Assembly (NCBI GenBank): GCA_963422645.2
Contig: CAXXVO010000004.1
Location: forward strand, 576,001-640,000
Reading direction: 5' to 3'
Length of the DNA stretch: 64,000 nucleotides
Source: Alphaproteobacteria bacterium
GTDB taxonomy: Bacteria; Pseudomonadota; Alphaproteobacteria; UBA828
Shown: in pieces, positions 9,787-20,505 of the stretch
How the letters are laid out: every line of letters begins with the position of its first letter
Position numbering within the stretch: position 1 is the stretch's first letter
Made by a program: the position numbers and the translations under genes
The notes under the pieces: model-generated
What the model was told of the DNA's origin: nothing
Database searches by the model: none
The model's input: the letters and a program-made list of their open reading frames with translations, nothing else

Positions 9787-10872
9787 ATGAACGTCACGCT
9801 CAGGGGACTGGTAAAGCGGTTTCGCGACGGCACCGAGGCCGTCAAGGGGATCGACCTCGACATCGCCAAAGGCGAGTTCCTGACCCTGCTCGGGCCGTCC
9901 GGGTGCGGCAAGACCACGACGCTCCGCCTGATCGCAGGCCTGGAGGAGCCGACAGAGGGTTCCATCGCGATCGGCGAGCGTGACGTCACCCACGTCAATC
10001 CGGGCGATCGCAACGTGGCGATGGTCTTCCAGACTTATGCCCTCTATCCCCACATGACCGCGCTACAGAATATGACGCTCGGCCTCACGGTCGCAGGCAT
10101 GTCCAAGGCCCAGGCGAACGAGAAGGCGCGGGAGACGGCGGAACTGCTCAATATTGAGCGGCTGCTCGACCGCAAGCCGGCCAAGCTCTCCGGTGGCGAG
10201 CGCCAGCGCGTCGCCCTCGGTCGCGCCATGGTGCGAAGCCCCGCCTGCTACCTAATGGACGAGCCGCTCTCCAACCTCGACCTTAAGCTGCGCGAGCATA
10301 TGAGGACCGAGCTCAAGCGCCTCCATCAGGCCTACAAGGTGACGACGATCTATGTGACCCACGACCAGGCCGAAGCGCTGATTCTTTCCGACCGCGTGGC
10401 CGTGCTCGACCAGGGCGAGGTCCAGCAGGTGGCGGATCCGGTCACGATCTACGAGCGCCCGGCCAACATGTTCGTCGCCGACTTCATCGGCAGCCCGGGG
10501 ATCAACTTCCTGAAGGGCGAGCTCAGCAAGGGCAGGGTTACGGTCGGCGGCCGCGCGCTCGAAGGCGCGAGCGCCGAAGGCAGCGGTTCCATCGTGCTCG
10601 GCGTCCGGCCCGAGGACGTGATCCTGAATCCGCCCGGCGAGGGCATTGCCGACGGGACGATCGAATTCACTGAGTCCTACGGCGGCGTCATCATCGCGTT
10701 CATCGCGCTCGATGGTGGAGAGGGCCTGATGGTCAACCGCGAGTACGTGGCCGCGAGCATGGACGTGCACGAGCCGGTCTCGATCGGCGCCCGGGTCGGT
10801 CTCGTGCTCCGCGCGAGCCGTAGCACGCTATTCGGCGCCGAATCCGGGCTCGCTCTGACCGCAGCGGAATAA
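9787..10872 (+). CDS. ABC transporter ATP-binding protein (MalK/UgpC type)
   Basis: GPSGCGKT, LSGGERQRVALGRA, MDEPLSNLD, YVTHDQ. Confidence 0.93.
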   Translation: MNVTLRGLVKRFRDGTEAVKGIDLDIAKGEFLTLLGPSGCGKTTTLRLIAGLEEPTEGSIAIGERDVTHVNPGDRNVAMVFQTYALYPHMTALQNMTLGLTVAGMSKAQANEKARETAELLNIERLLDRKPAKLSGGERQRVALGRAMVRSPACYLMDEPLSNLDLKLREHMRTELKRLHQAYKVTTIYVTHDQAEALILSDRVAVLDQGEVQQVADPVTIYERPANMFVADFIGSPGINFLKGELSKGRVTVGGRALEGASAEGSGSIVLGVRPEDVILNPPGEGIADGTIEFTESYGGVIIAFIALDGGEGLMVNREYVAASMDVHEPVSIGARVGLVLRASRSTLFGAESGLALTAAE

Positions 10873-10921
10873 GCGCTCGCCCGGTGACGGGCGTGAATGT
10901 TCCAACTCCCATGACGACGCA

Positions 10922-12834
10922 ATGACGCGGCGCGAGCGACGACGGGCCAAGGGGCGAGGCTCCGGCGCCTCGCCGGCGGGTGCCGATCCCGTCGACGATG
11001 TCCTTCGGGCCGCGCTGGACCATCATCGCGCGGGCCGCGTGGCACCAGCGGCGGCGCTCTACCAGCGAGTCCTGCAACAGCGACCCGGTCATGCGGATGC
11101 GCTGCACCTCTTCGGCGTGCTCCAAGCACAGGCGGGACGGCTCGAGGAGGCGCTGCCGCTGCTGACGAAGGCCGCGCGCCGCGCAACGCCGGCTTCCTGA
11201 ACGATCTCGCCAATGTCCTCAACGGATTGGGCCGCTTCGACGAGGCCGAGGCGCACTACCGCCGCGCCGTCGCCTTCGAAAAGAACAATGCCGACATCCG
11301 CTACAACCTCGGCCACGCGCTGCGCGCCGCGGGCCGACCGGCCGATGCGGTCGAGTGGTTCGAGAGAGCGCTGGCGATCCGCCCCGATCACGGGCCGGCG
11401 CGGTCGGAGCTCGGCCTCGCGCTGTTGGAGCTCGGCCGGGCGGAGGACGCAGTGGCGGCGCTGCGGCAGGTAGTCGCGCTCGATGAGGGCGCGGCGGGCG
11501 GCCATTCCGACCTCGGCAACGCCTTGCAGGAGATCGGTGCGCTGGAAGAGGCCGAGGCGAGCCTGCGCCGTGCCATCGACCTCGACCCGAAGCTTGCGGC
11601 GGCACACGCCAATCTCGGCAATGTGCTGCAGGACCTCCACCGCGTGATGGAGGCGGAGGCCGCCTACCGCGAGGCCATCGTCCTCGATCCTACGTACGCG
11701 GCGGCGCATGCCAATCTTGGCAACGCCCTCAAGAACCTCGGCCGCGAAGACGAAGCGGTTACGAGCCTGGAGCGTGCGCTCGAGCTGAAGCCGGGGAACG
11801 CGACCTACCGCGCCAATCTCGGCATGGTCCACGTGGCCCGCGGCGATGCCACAGCCGCACTCGCCTGCTTCGGCCGCGCGGCCGAACGCCGCCACGGCCC
11901 GTCGCTTTCGCCCGGCATGCTGACCCGCCGGGAGGGAGAGCGGGCCGCTATTCCCATCGCGCCCTTCAAGCTCCAGCACGATGCCGAGCAGATCCGCCGG
12001 CTCTGCCGCGACGGGCGCGTCGATCCGTCGCTCGGCAAGATCGCCGACACTTACGAGCAGGTGCTCGCTGCATTGCCTCCCGATGCGCCACCGGACGAAC
12101 CGATCGCGCTCTCTGATCGGGAATGGCGCCGCATTGCGCCTGCCTACAACCGTCCGCTGTACCTCCCCGAGGCTCCGGCCGCGGCGGAAGGCGCCGTCAA
12201 TCCGGATCTGGATGCGGACGAAATCGAGCGCGCTTATCGCGAGAGCGCGCCCAACCTCGTGATCGTCGACGACTTTCTGACCGCGGATGCGTTAGAGAGA
12301 CTGTGGCGCTTCTGCCTCGATGCGACGGTCTGGTATCAGGTGAAGCGTGGCTACCTCGGCGCCTATCTGGTGGACGGCTTCGCCACCGCGCTCGCGCTTC
12401 AGATCGCCGACGAGCTGCGCGCACGCCTCCCCGATATCTTCGGCCGCCATCGGCTGGAGCAGCTCTGGGCCTACAAGTACGATTCCAGGCTGCAGGGGAT
12501 CGCCACCCACGCCGACTTCGCCGCGGTCAACGTCAACTTCTGGGTGACACCCGATGAGGCGAACCGCGATCCGGCCTCGGGCGGACTCGTCGTCCATAAG
12601 GCCCACGCGCCTTCGGACTGGGCCTTCCGCGCCTACAATGCCGACAGCGCCCGCATGGCGCAGTTCTTGGAGGAAGCCGGCGACGAGCCGGTGACGGTAC
12701 CCTACCGACGAAACCGCGTGGTGATCTTCGATTCCGATCTCTTCCATCGGACGGACAATCTGGACTTCCGCCCTGGCTACGAGAACCGGCGCATCAACGT
12801 GACGATGCTCTTCGGCAACCGCGGCGAGCGCTAG
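10922..12834 (+). pseudogene. TPR-repeat protein with C-terminal 2OG-Fe(II) oxygenase-like domain, frameshifted near 11180
   Basis: ORF 10922-11200 (TPR: HADALHLFGVL) continues in another frame as PRNAGFLNDLANVL... into ORF 11227-12834; C-terminal THAD...FHRT...RRIN. Confidence 0.7.
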
Positions 12835-12878
12835 ACTTGGGCCGCGCGCGACCCAATATGGAGTGCGGAGAAGCACGC

Positions 12879-14237
12879 ATGAGCGACTGTCACCGGGCAA
12901 TCGAGGCCTGGCTCAGAGAGCGGAACATCGTCGAGGTCGAGTGCATCGTGCCCGACCTCGCCGGTGTGGCGCGCGGCAAGATTCTGCCCACGGACAAGTT
13001 CATCGAGGGGCTGGCGGGCGGCCAGCACCGGTTGCCCAAGAACGTCCTCGTCCACACGCTCACCGGCGACTTCCCGCCGCCCGGCGCCGTCTCCATCGAC
13101 GTGAGCGACGGCGACTTCGTGCTGGAGCCGGACCCCGCGACGCTCACCCTGGTGCCCTGGTACGACGAGCCCACCGCGCAGGTGATCGCCGATTGCGTGC
13201 TGCGAGACGGCGGGCATTCGCCCTTCTATTCCCGCCGCGTGCTCGCTGCCCTGCTGGAGCGCTTCGCCGAGCGCGGCTGGTATCCGATCATTGCACCGGA
13301 GATCGAATTCTACCTGGTGGAGAAGAACACCGATCCCGACCAGCCGTTGAAGCCGCCCATCGGCGCCTCCGGCCGGCGCGAGGCGGGGCGCCAGGAGTTC
13401 GGCATCGACGCGGTCAACGAGTTCGACCCCTTCTTCGAGGACCTCTACGACTACTGCGAGGCCCAGGAGCTCGACATCGACACGCTCAATCACGAGAGCG
13501 GGGCCGGGCAGGTGGAAATCAACTTCCGCCACGGCGAGGCGCTGCGGCTCGCCGACCAGGTCTTCGTCTTCAAGCGCACGGTGCGCCAGACCGCCCAGCG
13601 CCACGGCTTCTATGCGACCTTCATGGCGAAGCCGATGCAAGGCGAGCCGGGCAGCGCCATGCACGTACACCAATCGGTCTACGAAGGCGCGAAACGCCGG
13701 CCGCTATTCTCTGACACAGACGGGGCTGAATCGGCGGCATTCCGCCACTATCTCGGCGGCCTTCAGCGCTTCCTGCCGATCTTCACGCCGCTCATGGCGC
13801 CCAACGTCAACTCCTATCGCCGGCTCCGCTTCGGCGCGAGCAGGCCCTTCAACGTCGGCTGGGGCTACGACAACCGCATTGCGGGGCTGCGCGTGCCGGA
13901 CGCGCGGCCCAAGAACCGCCGGGTCGAGAACCGGCTGCCAGGTTCCGACACCAACCCCTACCTCGCCTTCGCGGCCACGCTCGCAGCCGGCTATCTCGGC
14001 ATGACGCAAACGCTCGAGCCCTCGCCGCCGGTGGCAGGGGAGGCGACCGGCGGGTTCGAGACGCTGCCCCTCGATCTCAGGACCGCACTCGAACAGTTCG
14101 AGTCCTCGGACGAGGCGAGCGCCATGTTCGGCGAGAGTTTCGTCAAGGGCTTCACCGAAGTGGTGCGCGCCGAATACGACGCCTATCTGCGCGTCGTGAG
14201 CTCCTGGGAGCGCAAGTTTCTCCTGCTGGCCGTGTGA
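12879..14237 (+). CDS. Glutamine synthetase-like gamma-glutamylpolyamine synthetase (PuuA/PauA-like)
   Basis: EIEFYL, HESGAGQVE, GSAMHVHQS, NR...LRVP, ENRLPG.D.NPYL; next to a PuuB-like gene and potFGHI. Confidence 0.85.
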   Translation: MSDCHRAIEAWLRERNIVEVECIVPDLAGVARGKILPTDKFIEGLAGGQHRLPKNVLVHTLTGDFPPPGAVSIDVSDGDFVLEPDPATLTLVPWYDEPTAQVIADCVLRDGGHSPFYSRRVLAALLERFAERGWYPIIAPEIEFYLVEKNTDPDQPLKPPIGASGRREAGRQEFGIDAVNEFDPFFEDLYDYCEAQELDIDTLNHESGAGQVEINFRHGEALRLADQVFVFKRTVRQTAQRHGFYATFMAKPMQGEPGSAMHVHQSVYEGAKRRPLFSDTDGAESAAFRHYLGGLQRFLPIFTPLMAPNVNSYRRLRFGASRPFNVGWGYDNRIAGLRVPDARPKNRRVENRLPGSDTNPYLAFAATLAAGYLGMTQTLEPSPPVAGEATGGFETLPLDLRTALEQFESSDEASAMFGESFVKGFTEVVRAEYDAYLRVVSSWERKFLLLAV

Positions 14238-15547
14238 TGGGCTCGCCGTGCCGCGCGGGCCGCTACGCGCAACACGACGGCGCAGCGCCTACCTGGTACG
14301 AAGCGAGCGCCCGGACGAGCCCCTCCAGGCCCCCGCTTGAAGGCGATAAGCACGCGGACGTCTGCGTCGTTGGCGGAGGCTACACCGGGCTCTCCTGCGC
14401 GCTCCATCTCGCCGAGCGGGGCTATCGCGTAGTCCTGCTCGAAGCGCGGCGCATCGGCAACGGTGCCTCCGGGCGCAACGGCGGGCAGCTCGGCAGCGGG
14501 CACCGGCGCGATCAGTCCACCCTGGAGCGCGAGCTTGGCGAGGAGCGGGCGCGGCTTCTCTGGTCCATGGCCGAGGAGGCCAAAGCGCTCGTACGCGATC
14601 GCATCGCCCGGCACGGGATCGAATGTGACCTGAAGTCCGGTATCGCCATCGCCGCACACCGGCCGCGCCACGCGCGCGCGCTGGCCCAAGAGGCCGCCCA
14701 CCTTAGAGACCGTTACGGCTACACCGAAGTCGAGGTTCTGGATCGCGCCGCTCTCCGCGCCGAAGTGGCGTCGGAGGATTTTCACGGTGGCCTTATGGAT
14801 CGCGGCGCGGGTCACCTTCACCCCCTCGATTACGCGCGCGGCCTCGCCAAAGCAGCGGCAGGGGCGGGTGCGGATATCTGCGAGGGGACGCCGGTCACCG
14901 GGCTCGAAACCGGCGCGCCCTGCAAGGTCCAGGCCGGGCCGCACACGGTCTCGGCGGATACAGTCGTGCTCGCCTGCAACGGCTATCTCGACGCGCTCGA
15001 TCCTGGCTGTGGCAAGCGCTTCATGCCGATCAACAACTTCATCCTGGCGACGGAGCCCCTCGGCGAAGAGCGAGCGCGGGCGTTGATCCCTCACGATGTC
15101 GCGGTCGTCGATACCCGCTTCGTGGTGAACTACTTTCGGCTTTCACGCCACGGGCGGCTGCTCTTCGGCGGTGGGGAGACCACGAGCAGTCGCCTGCCTG
15201 CCAATCCCGGCCCGCTCGTTCGGCGCTGCATGCTGCGCATCTTCCCCCAGCTCGCCGATGTGCGCGTGGACCATGCCTGGGGCGGGACGCTCGCCATCAC
15301 GCGCTCTCGAATGCCGAGCATCGGCAGGCTCCAGGGCGGGCTTTACTATGGCCAGGGCTACTCCGGCCACGGCGTGGCGCTGGCGACGCTCGGCGGCGCG
15401 CTCATCGCCGAGGCAATCTCAGGCACGCTGGAGCGCTTCGATGTCTTCGCGCGACTGCCGCAGCCGCCCTTCCCCGGCGGCCGGTTCCTGCGCTGGCCCA
15501 CGCTCGCCCTCGCACTCACCTACGGCGCGCTCCGTGACCGGCTGTGA
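14234..15547 (+). CDS. puuB: FAD-dependent oxidoreductase, gamma-glutamylputrescine oxidase-like
   Basis: VVGGGYTGLS, GASGRNGGQ, GHLHPL, GYSGHGV; genomic context. Confidence 0.8.
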   Translation: MMGSPCRAGRYAQHDGAAPTWYEASARTSPSRPPLEGDKHADVCVVGGGYTGLSCALHLAERGYRVVLLEARRIGNGASGRNGGQLGSGHRRDQSTLERELGEERARLLWSMAEEAKALVRDRIARHGIECDLKSGIAIAAHRPRHARALAQEAAHLRDRYGYTEVEVLDRAALRAEVASEDFHGGLMDRGAGHLHPLDYARGLAKAAAGAGADICEGTPVTGLETGAPCKVQAGPHTVSADTVVLACNGYLDALDPGCGKRFMPINNFILATEPLGEERARALIPHDVAVVDTRFVVNYFRLSRHGRLLFGGGETTSSRLPANPGPLVRRCMLRIFPQLADVRVDHAWGGTLAITRSRMPSIGRLQGGLYYGQGYSGHGVALATLGGALIAEAISGTLERFDVFARLPQPPFPGGRFLRWPTLALALTYGALRDRL

Positions 15548-15559
15548 GGGACGAGAACG

Positions 15560-16372
15560 CTACGTAGCCTCCTGCGCCTCCCGCTCCCGGACGACCATGG
15601 CGCGCTTGTTGATCAGGCTCGCGGCGATCACGCCGATGGAGACGATCCCGACCAGTACCGTGGAGACCGCGTTGATCTCCGGCGTCACGCCCAGGCGCAC
15701 CTGGGAATAGATCTTCATCGGCAGCGTCGTCGAGCCGGGGCCGCTGGTGAAGGACGCGATCACCAGGTCGTCGAGGGAGAGTGTGAAGGCCAACAGCCAG
15801 CCGGCGACCAGCGCCGGGCTGATGATCGGCAGCGTGACCGCGAAGAAGGTCTTGACCGGCGGCGCGCCCAGGTCCATCGCCGCCTCCTCCAGCGAGCGGT
15901 CCATGGTGAGCAGGCGGGACTGCACCACCACCGCCACGTAGGCCATGGAGAAGGTGATGTGGGCGATCGTCACGGTCCAATAGCCGCGTGTCCAGGAGAG
16001 TGCCACGAATAGCAGCAGCATTGAGAGACCGGTGATGACCTCGGGCATGACCAGCGGCGCGTAGACCATGCCAGAGAAGAGCGTGCGGCCGGGGAAGCGC
16101 CCGAGCCGGGCCAGCGCGAGCCCCGCGAGGGTGCCGAGGACCAGCGCCACGGTCGACGAGACGAAGGCGACCTTCAGCGTCATCCAGGCCGCGTCGAGCA
16201 GCAGCTCGTTCTCCACCATCGCGGTGTACCACTTGGTGGAGAACCCGGCCCACACGGTCACGAGCTTGGATTCGTTGAAGGAAAAGATGATGAGCAGAAG
16301 GATCGGGATGTAGAGAAAGGCGAAGCCCAGCGTGAGCGCCGCCAGGTTGACCCCGCTGAGCCCCCGGCGCAT
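15560..16372 (-). CDS. potI: Putrescine ABC transporter permease
   Basis: FSFNESKLVTVWAGFS, LEEAAMDLGA, SLDDLVIASF. Confidence 0.9.
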   Translation of the reverse strand: MRRGLSGVNLAALTLGFAFLYIPILLLIIFSFNESKLVTVWAGFSTKWYTAMVENELLLDAAWMTLKVAFVSSTVALVLGTLAGLALARLGRFPGRTLFSGMVYAPLVMPEVITGLSMLLLFVALSWTRGYWTVTIAHITFSMAYVAVVVQSRLLTMDRSLEEAAMDLGAPPVKTFFAVTLPIISPALVAGWLLAFTLSLDDLVIASFTSGPGSTTLPMKIYSQVRLGVTPEINAVSTVLVGIVSIGVIAASLINKRAMVVREREAQEAT

Positions 16373-17301
16373 CAGGCCTCTGCCTCGCGCTGGCGCTGCT
16401 GGTGGCGCTGGAACAGTACGATGGGCACGATCAGCACCAGCAGCAGGATCACGGCCACCGCCGACGCCACCGGCCAGTCGCGGTTTCTGAAGAACTCGGT
16501 CCAGAGGATGCGCCCGATCATCAGCGTGCCGGAGCCGCCGAGCAGGTCGGGGATCACGAACTCGCCGACCGCCGGAATGAACACCAGGAAGCAGCCGGCG
16601 ACGATGCCGGGCCTCGCCAACGGCACGGTGATCTTCCAGAAAGCGCCGGCCGGCCGGCAGCCGAGATCGGCCGCGGCCTCCAGCAGCGAGCGGTCCATTC
16701 GCACCAGATTGGCGTAGAGCGGCAGGACCATGAAGGGCAGGTACGAGTAGACGATACCGATATAGACCGCGATGTCGGTGTTGAGGATGATCAGCGGTTT
16801 GTCGATCACGCCGATCCAGCGCAGCACCCCGTTGAGCATCCCTTCGTTCTTGAGGATGCCGATCCAGGCGTAGACCCGGATCAGGAACGAGGTCCAGAAG
16901 GGCAGGATCACCAGCATCACCAGGCTCGCCTGCCAGGCGCGGGGCGCGCGGGCCATGGCGTAGGCGATGGGGAAGCCCACCAGCAGGGCGAGCGCGGTCG
17001 AGATTGCCGCGATCTTGAGACTGTTCGCGTAGGCACGGATGTAGAGGCTGTCCTCGATCAGGAGCCGGTAGTTGTCTCCCACGGCGAAGAGCTCGAAGGA
17101 GCCGCCCTCGGGCCAGGCGAAGAGCGGTGTGTAGGGTGGGATGGCGAGCTGGACCTCGGCCACGCTGATCTTGAGCACGATCACGAAGGGGACGAGGAAA
17201 AAGAAGAGCAGCCAGAGATAGGGGCTCGCGATCACCGAGCCGCGCCCGAGCAGGCCCCAGGCTGCACGCGGCGGCTTGCGGCCTTCGCGCCGTGCCCTCA
17301 T
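16372..17301 (-). CDS. potH: Putrescine ABC transporter permease
   Basis: LPFWTSFLIRVYAW, LLEAAADLG, NRDWPVASA. Confidence 0.9.
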   Translation of the reverse strand: MRARREGRKPPRAAWGLLGRGSVIASPYLWLLFFFLVPFVIVLKISVAEVQLAIPPYTPLFAWPEGGSFELFAVGDNYRLLIEDSLYIRAYANSLKIAAISTALALLVGFPIAYAMARAPRAWQASLVMLVILPFWTSFLIRVYAWIGILKNEGMLNGVLRWIGVIDKPLIILNTDIAVYIGIVYSYLPFMVLPLYANLVRMDRSLLEAAADLGCRPAGAFWKITVPLARPGIVAGCFLVFIPAVGEFVIPDLLGGSGTLMIGRILWTEFFRNRDWPVASAVAVILLLVLIVPIVLFQRHQQRQREAEA

Positions 17302-18446
17302 GAGCGGAGCAGTATGCTCGCCTCGACCGGCCAGGAGAGATGAACGCGCGCGCCCCGGTCGATGGCCGCGCCGCCGTAGTGGTGGCGGTTGGTCTGGGTC
17401 GAGACCACCATCTTGCCGCTGTCGAGACGCACCCGGTAGGTGGAGACGCTGCCCAGATAGGCGATCTCCGTCACCTGCCCCGCCACCGCGTTCACGGTGC
17501 CGGGCGGCAGCGCTTGAGGGGCGATTTCGATCTTCTCGGGCCGCACCGCGAGCAGCACGGTGTCGCCCTCGGCGGGGCTGTCCGCCCGTGCCGGGGCCGC
17601 GAGCCCCGCCGGCGCGTCAACCTGATCGACCGCAATGCCGCCGCCGTTCACGATTCTGGCCTGCCCCTCGAAAATATTCACGTCGCCGATGAACTCGGCC
17701 ACATAGCGCGTGCAGGGCGCCTCGTAGATCGCGGACGGGGTGTCGACCTGGGCGATCCGGCCCTCCTCCATTACGGCAATGCGGTCGGCGACGGTCATCG
17801 CCTCGTCCTGATCGTGGGTCACGATCACGAAGGTGATGCCGACCCGCTGCTGAATCTCCATCAGCTCGAACTGGGTCTGCTCGCGGAGCTTCTTGTCGAG
17901 CGCGGCGAGCGGCTCGTCGAGCAGCAGCAGCTTGGGCCGCTTGACCAGGCTGCGGGCCAGCGCTACCCGCTGGCGCTGGCCGCCCGAAAGCTGATGCGGC
18001 CTGCGCCGCGCGAGGGGCGAAAGCTCCACCAGAGCCAGCGCGTCGGCCACACGCGCCGCGATCTCGGCCCTCGGCACCCGGTCCTGGCGCAGGCCGAAGG
18101 CGACGTTGCCGGCGACGCTCATGTGAGGAAAGAGCGCATAGGACTGGAACATCATGTTGACCGGCCGCCGGTAGGGCGGCAGCGCCGCGAGGTCCACGCC
18201 ATCGAGCAGCAGCGCGCCGGCGCTCGGGGTCTCGAAGCCCGCAAGCAAGCGGAGCAGCGTGGTCTTGCCGCAGCCCGACGGGCCGAGCAGGGCGAAGAAC
18301 TCCCCCTGTGCGATGTCGAGCGAGACGTTATCGACGGCGGTTACGGCGCCGAAGCTCTTGCTGACGCCTTCGATGTGAAGGAAGGCGGCCTCGCCGCCGG
18401 GGGCAGACGGAGCCTCTCCCCCGGCGGGCTCAGGCGGCAGGGTCAC
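17298..18446 (-). CDS. potG: Putrescine ABC transporter ATP-binding protein
   Basis: GPSGCGKT, RPVNMMFQSYALFPHM, LSGGQRQR. Confidence 0.88.
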   Translation of the reverse strand: MTLPPEPAGGEAPSAPGGEAAFLHIEGVSKSFGAVTAVDNVSLDIAQGEFFALLGPSGCGKTTLLRLLAGFETPSAGALLLDGVDLAALPPYRRPVNMMFQSYALFPHMSVAGNVAFGLRQDRVPRAEIAARVADALALVELSPLARRRPHQLSGGQRQRVALARSLVKRPKLLLLDEPLAALDKKLREQTQFELMEIQQRVGITFVIVTHDQDEAMTVADRIAVMEEGRIAQVDTPSAIYEAPCTRYVAEFIGDVNIFEGQARIVNGGGIAVDQVDAPAGLAAPARADSPAEGDTVLLAVRPEKIEIAPQALPPGTVNAVAGQVTEIAYLGSVSTYRVRLDSGKMVVSTQTNRHHYGGAAIDRGARVHLSWPVEASILLRS

Positions 18447-18489
18447 GAGCGCCGCGCCTGCGCGCGCCCGTGCAGTGTGTGCGTCGTGC

Positions 18490-19587
18490 CTATTCCGCGC
18501 CCTTGATGCTGGTCCACATCCGCGTGATGAAGCGCTGCACCTTTTGCGGATAGGGGTTCGTCACGTAGAGCCCTTTCCGTGCCTCATCCGTCGGGTAGAT
18601 ACCGGGATCCTCGGTGATCTCCGCGTCGAGCAGCGGCGTCGAGGCCGCGTTGCCGTTGGCGTAGTAGACGTAGTTGGACGCCTTGGCGATCACCTCGGGC
18701 CGCATGATGTAATCGAGGAACTTGTGCGCGTTATCGGGATGCGGCGCGTCCGCCGGGACCGCCATCATGTCGAACCATGACAGTGCGCCCTCGTCCGGGA
18801 TCACATAGGCGATCTCGACATTGTTCTCGGCCTCCCAGGCACGGTCGCGGGCCTGCAGCATGTCGCCCGACCAGCCCATGGTGAGGCAGATGTCGCCGTT
18901 GGCGAGATCGTTGATCTGGGCCGAGTTGTGGAAGCGGCGGATGTGCGGCCGGATCGCCAGCAGCACCGGCTCCACCTTGGCGATCACGTCGGTGTCGTGG
19001 CTGTTGGGGTCCTCGCCGATGTAGTTGAGCACGGCCGGGACCACCTCGTCCGGCTCGTCCATCATGTAGACGCCGCAATCGGCGAACTTGGCGACGACAT
19101 CGGGGTCGAAGAGCATGCCCCAGGAGCCGGTGGGGGCTTCCGCGTCGCGCTCGGCGATCTTGTCGATGTTGTAGCCGAAGCCCGTGGTGCCCCACATGTA
19201 ATTGATGGCGTACTGGTTCCCGGGGTCCCACTGGCCCACGACCGTCATGATCGTCTCGTCCATGTTGCCGATGTTGGCGAGCTGGCTCTTGTCGAGCGGC
19301 TGGAAGATGCCCGCCTGGATCTGGCGCGCGAGGAAGGTTCCGCTCGGCACCACCACGTCGTAGCCGGTGCTGCCGGTGAGCAGCTTGGTCTCGAGGATGT
19401 TGTTGGAATCGAAGACGTCGTAGACGACCTTGATCCCGGTCTCGTCCTCGAACTCGGTCAGGATCTCTTCGTCGATGTAGTCCGACCAGTTGTAGACGTT
19501 GACGACCGCTTCCTCCTCGGCGAAGGCGGTTGTCGCGGCCAGAAGCGCCGCAGCGGCGGCGCCGGCGGTCAGCGGCAGCTTGATCAT
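18490..19587 (-). CDS. potF: Putrescine-binding periplasmic protein
   Basis: Signal peptide; VYNWSDYI, YMWGTTG, GWSGD motifs. Confidence 0.9.
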   Translation of the reverse strand: MIKLPLTAGAAAAALLAATTAFAEEEAVVNVYNWSDYIDEEILTEFEDETGIKVVYDVFDSNNILETKLLTGSTGYDVVVPSGTFLARQIQAGIFQPLDKSQLANIGNMDETIMTVVGQWDPGNQYAINYMWGTTGFGYNIDKIAERDAEAPTGSWGMLFDPDVVAKFADCGVYMMDEPDEVVPAVLNYIGEDPNSHDTDVIAKVEPVLLAIRPHIRRFHNSAQINDLANGDICLTMGWSGDMLQARDRAWEAENNVEIAYVIPDEGALSWFDMMAVPADAPHPDNAHKFLDYIMRPEVIAKASNYVYYANGNAASTPLLDAEITEDPGIYPTDEARKGLYVTNPYPQKVQRFITRMWTSIKGAE

Positions 19588-19703
19588 GGGATTCGTCCTC
19601 TCTTGCCCGGCCTCGTCTGGCCGGCCGTGGTGGCGATCGGGCGATTCAGGACCTTCGCGCCGCCCCTGTCAACGCGTCTCGCTATGTCGTGTCCGCGAGA
19701 CGC

Positions 19704-20498
19704 CTATCGCGCAAAGGTGACGCTGGCCTCGCCCAGGCCCTCGATGGCGACGCGGACCCTATCGCCGGGCTCGACCCACTTGGTCTCGACCACGCTGCCG
19801 GTCAGCACCACGTCGCCGGCTGCAAGCGGCCGCCCGCACGCGGCGGCGTGGTTCGCGAGCCAGGTCAAAGCTTCGAGGGGATGCCCCATGACGTCGGCCC
19901 CGGTGCCGGCGCCCACTTGCGCGCCCTTGATCGCCATGGCGCCGCCGGCCGCCGCGAGGTCAATCCCGCGCCAGGCCGTCACAGGCGGGCCGAGCACGGC
20001 GCCGGCACTGAAGAAGTCGTCGGCGATGAGCGTCGGCGTATCGAGAGCCCGAAAATCGTCGTAGCGGTCGTCCACGATCTCGATCGCCGCCATGCAGGCC
20101 TCCACCGCGTCGGCGACGGCGGCACGGTCGAAGGGCGCTGCGGCGGCCGGCAGCGGTTGCCCGAGCCGCACCGCGATCTCGCACTCGACGCCCGGCCGCC
20201 AGTGGTCGGCATACTTCACCGTCGCGGGGGCGCTCAGGGTCCGGCGCTCGTAGAGCGCGCCGGCGCAGGGATGCGCGATCTCCAGATAGCGCTGCATCAC
20301 CGGCGTGGTGCAGCCGATCTTGCGGCCGCAGACGGCGCCGTGCGTGTCTGCGAGCCGTTCGTTGAGCGCGGCCTGAACTGCATACGCTTCGTCGAGGGAG
20401 GCCGGCCGGCAGTCCTCGGGCAGTACGGCGATCCGCTGCCGGCGATGCCGCGCGCCAACGTAGAGTGCGACCGCCTGGTCGATGGCGAGCGGTGTCAT
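19704..20498 (-). CDS. 2-keto-4-pentenoate hydratase-like FAH-superfamily protein
   Basis: AYAVQ, KIGCT, VECEIA, EIVDDRY, GHPLEAL.WLAN, GDVVLTGS. Confidence 0.85.
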   Translation of the reverse strand: MTPLAIDQAVALYVGARHRRQRIAVLPEDCRPASLDEAYAVQAALNERLADTHGAVCGRKIGCTTPVMQRYLEIAHPCAGALYERRTLSAPATVKYADHWRPGVECEIAVRLGQPLPAAAAPFDRAAVADAVEACMAAIEIVDDRYDDFRALDTPTLIADDFFSAGAVLGPPVTAWRGIDLAAAGGAMAIKGAQVGAGTGADVMGHPLEALTWLANHAAACGRPLAAGDVVLTGSVVETKWVEPGDRVRVAIEGLGEASVTFAR

Positions 20499-20505
20499 GC
20501 CGTCC

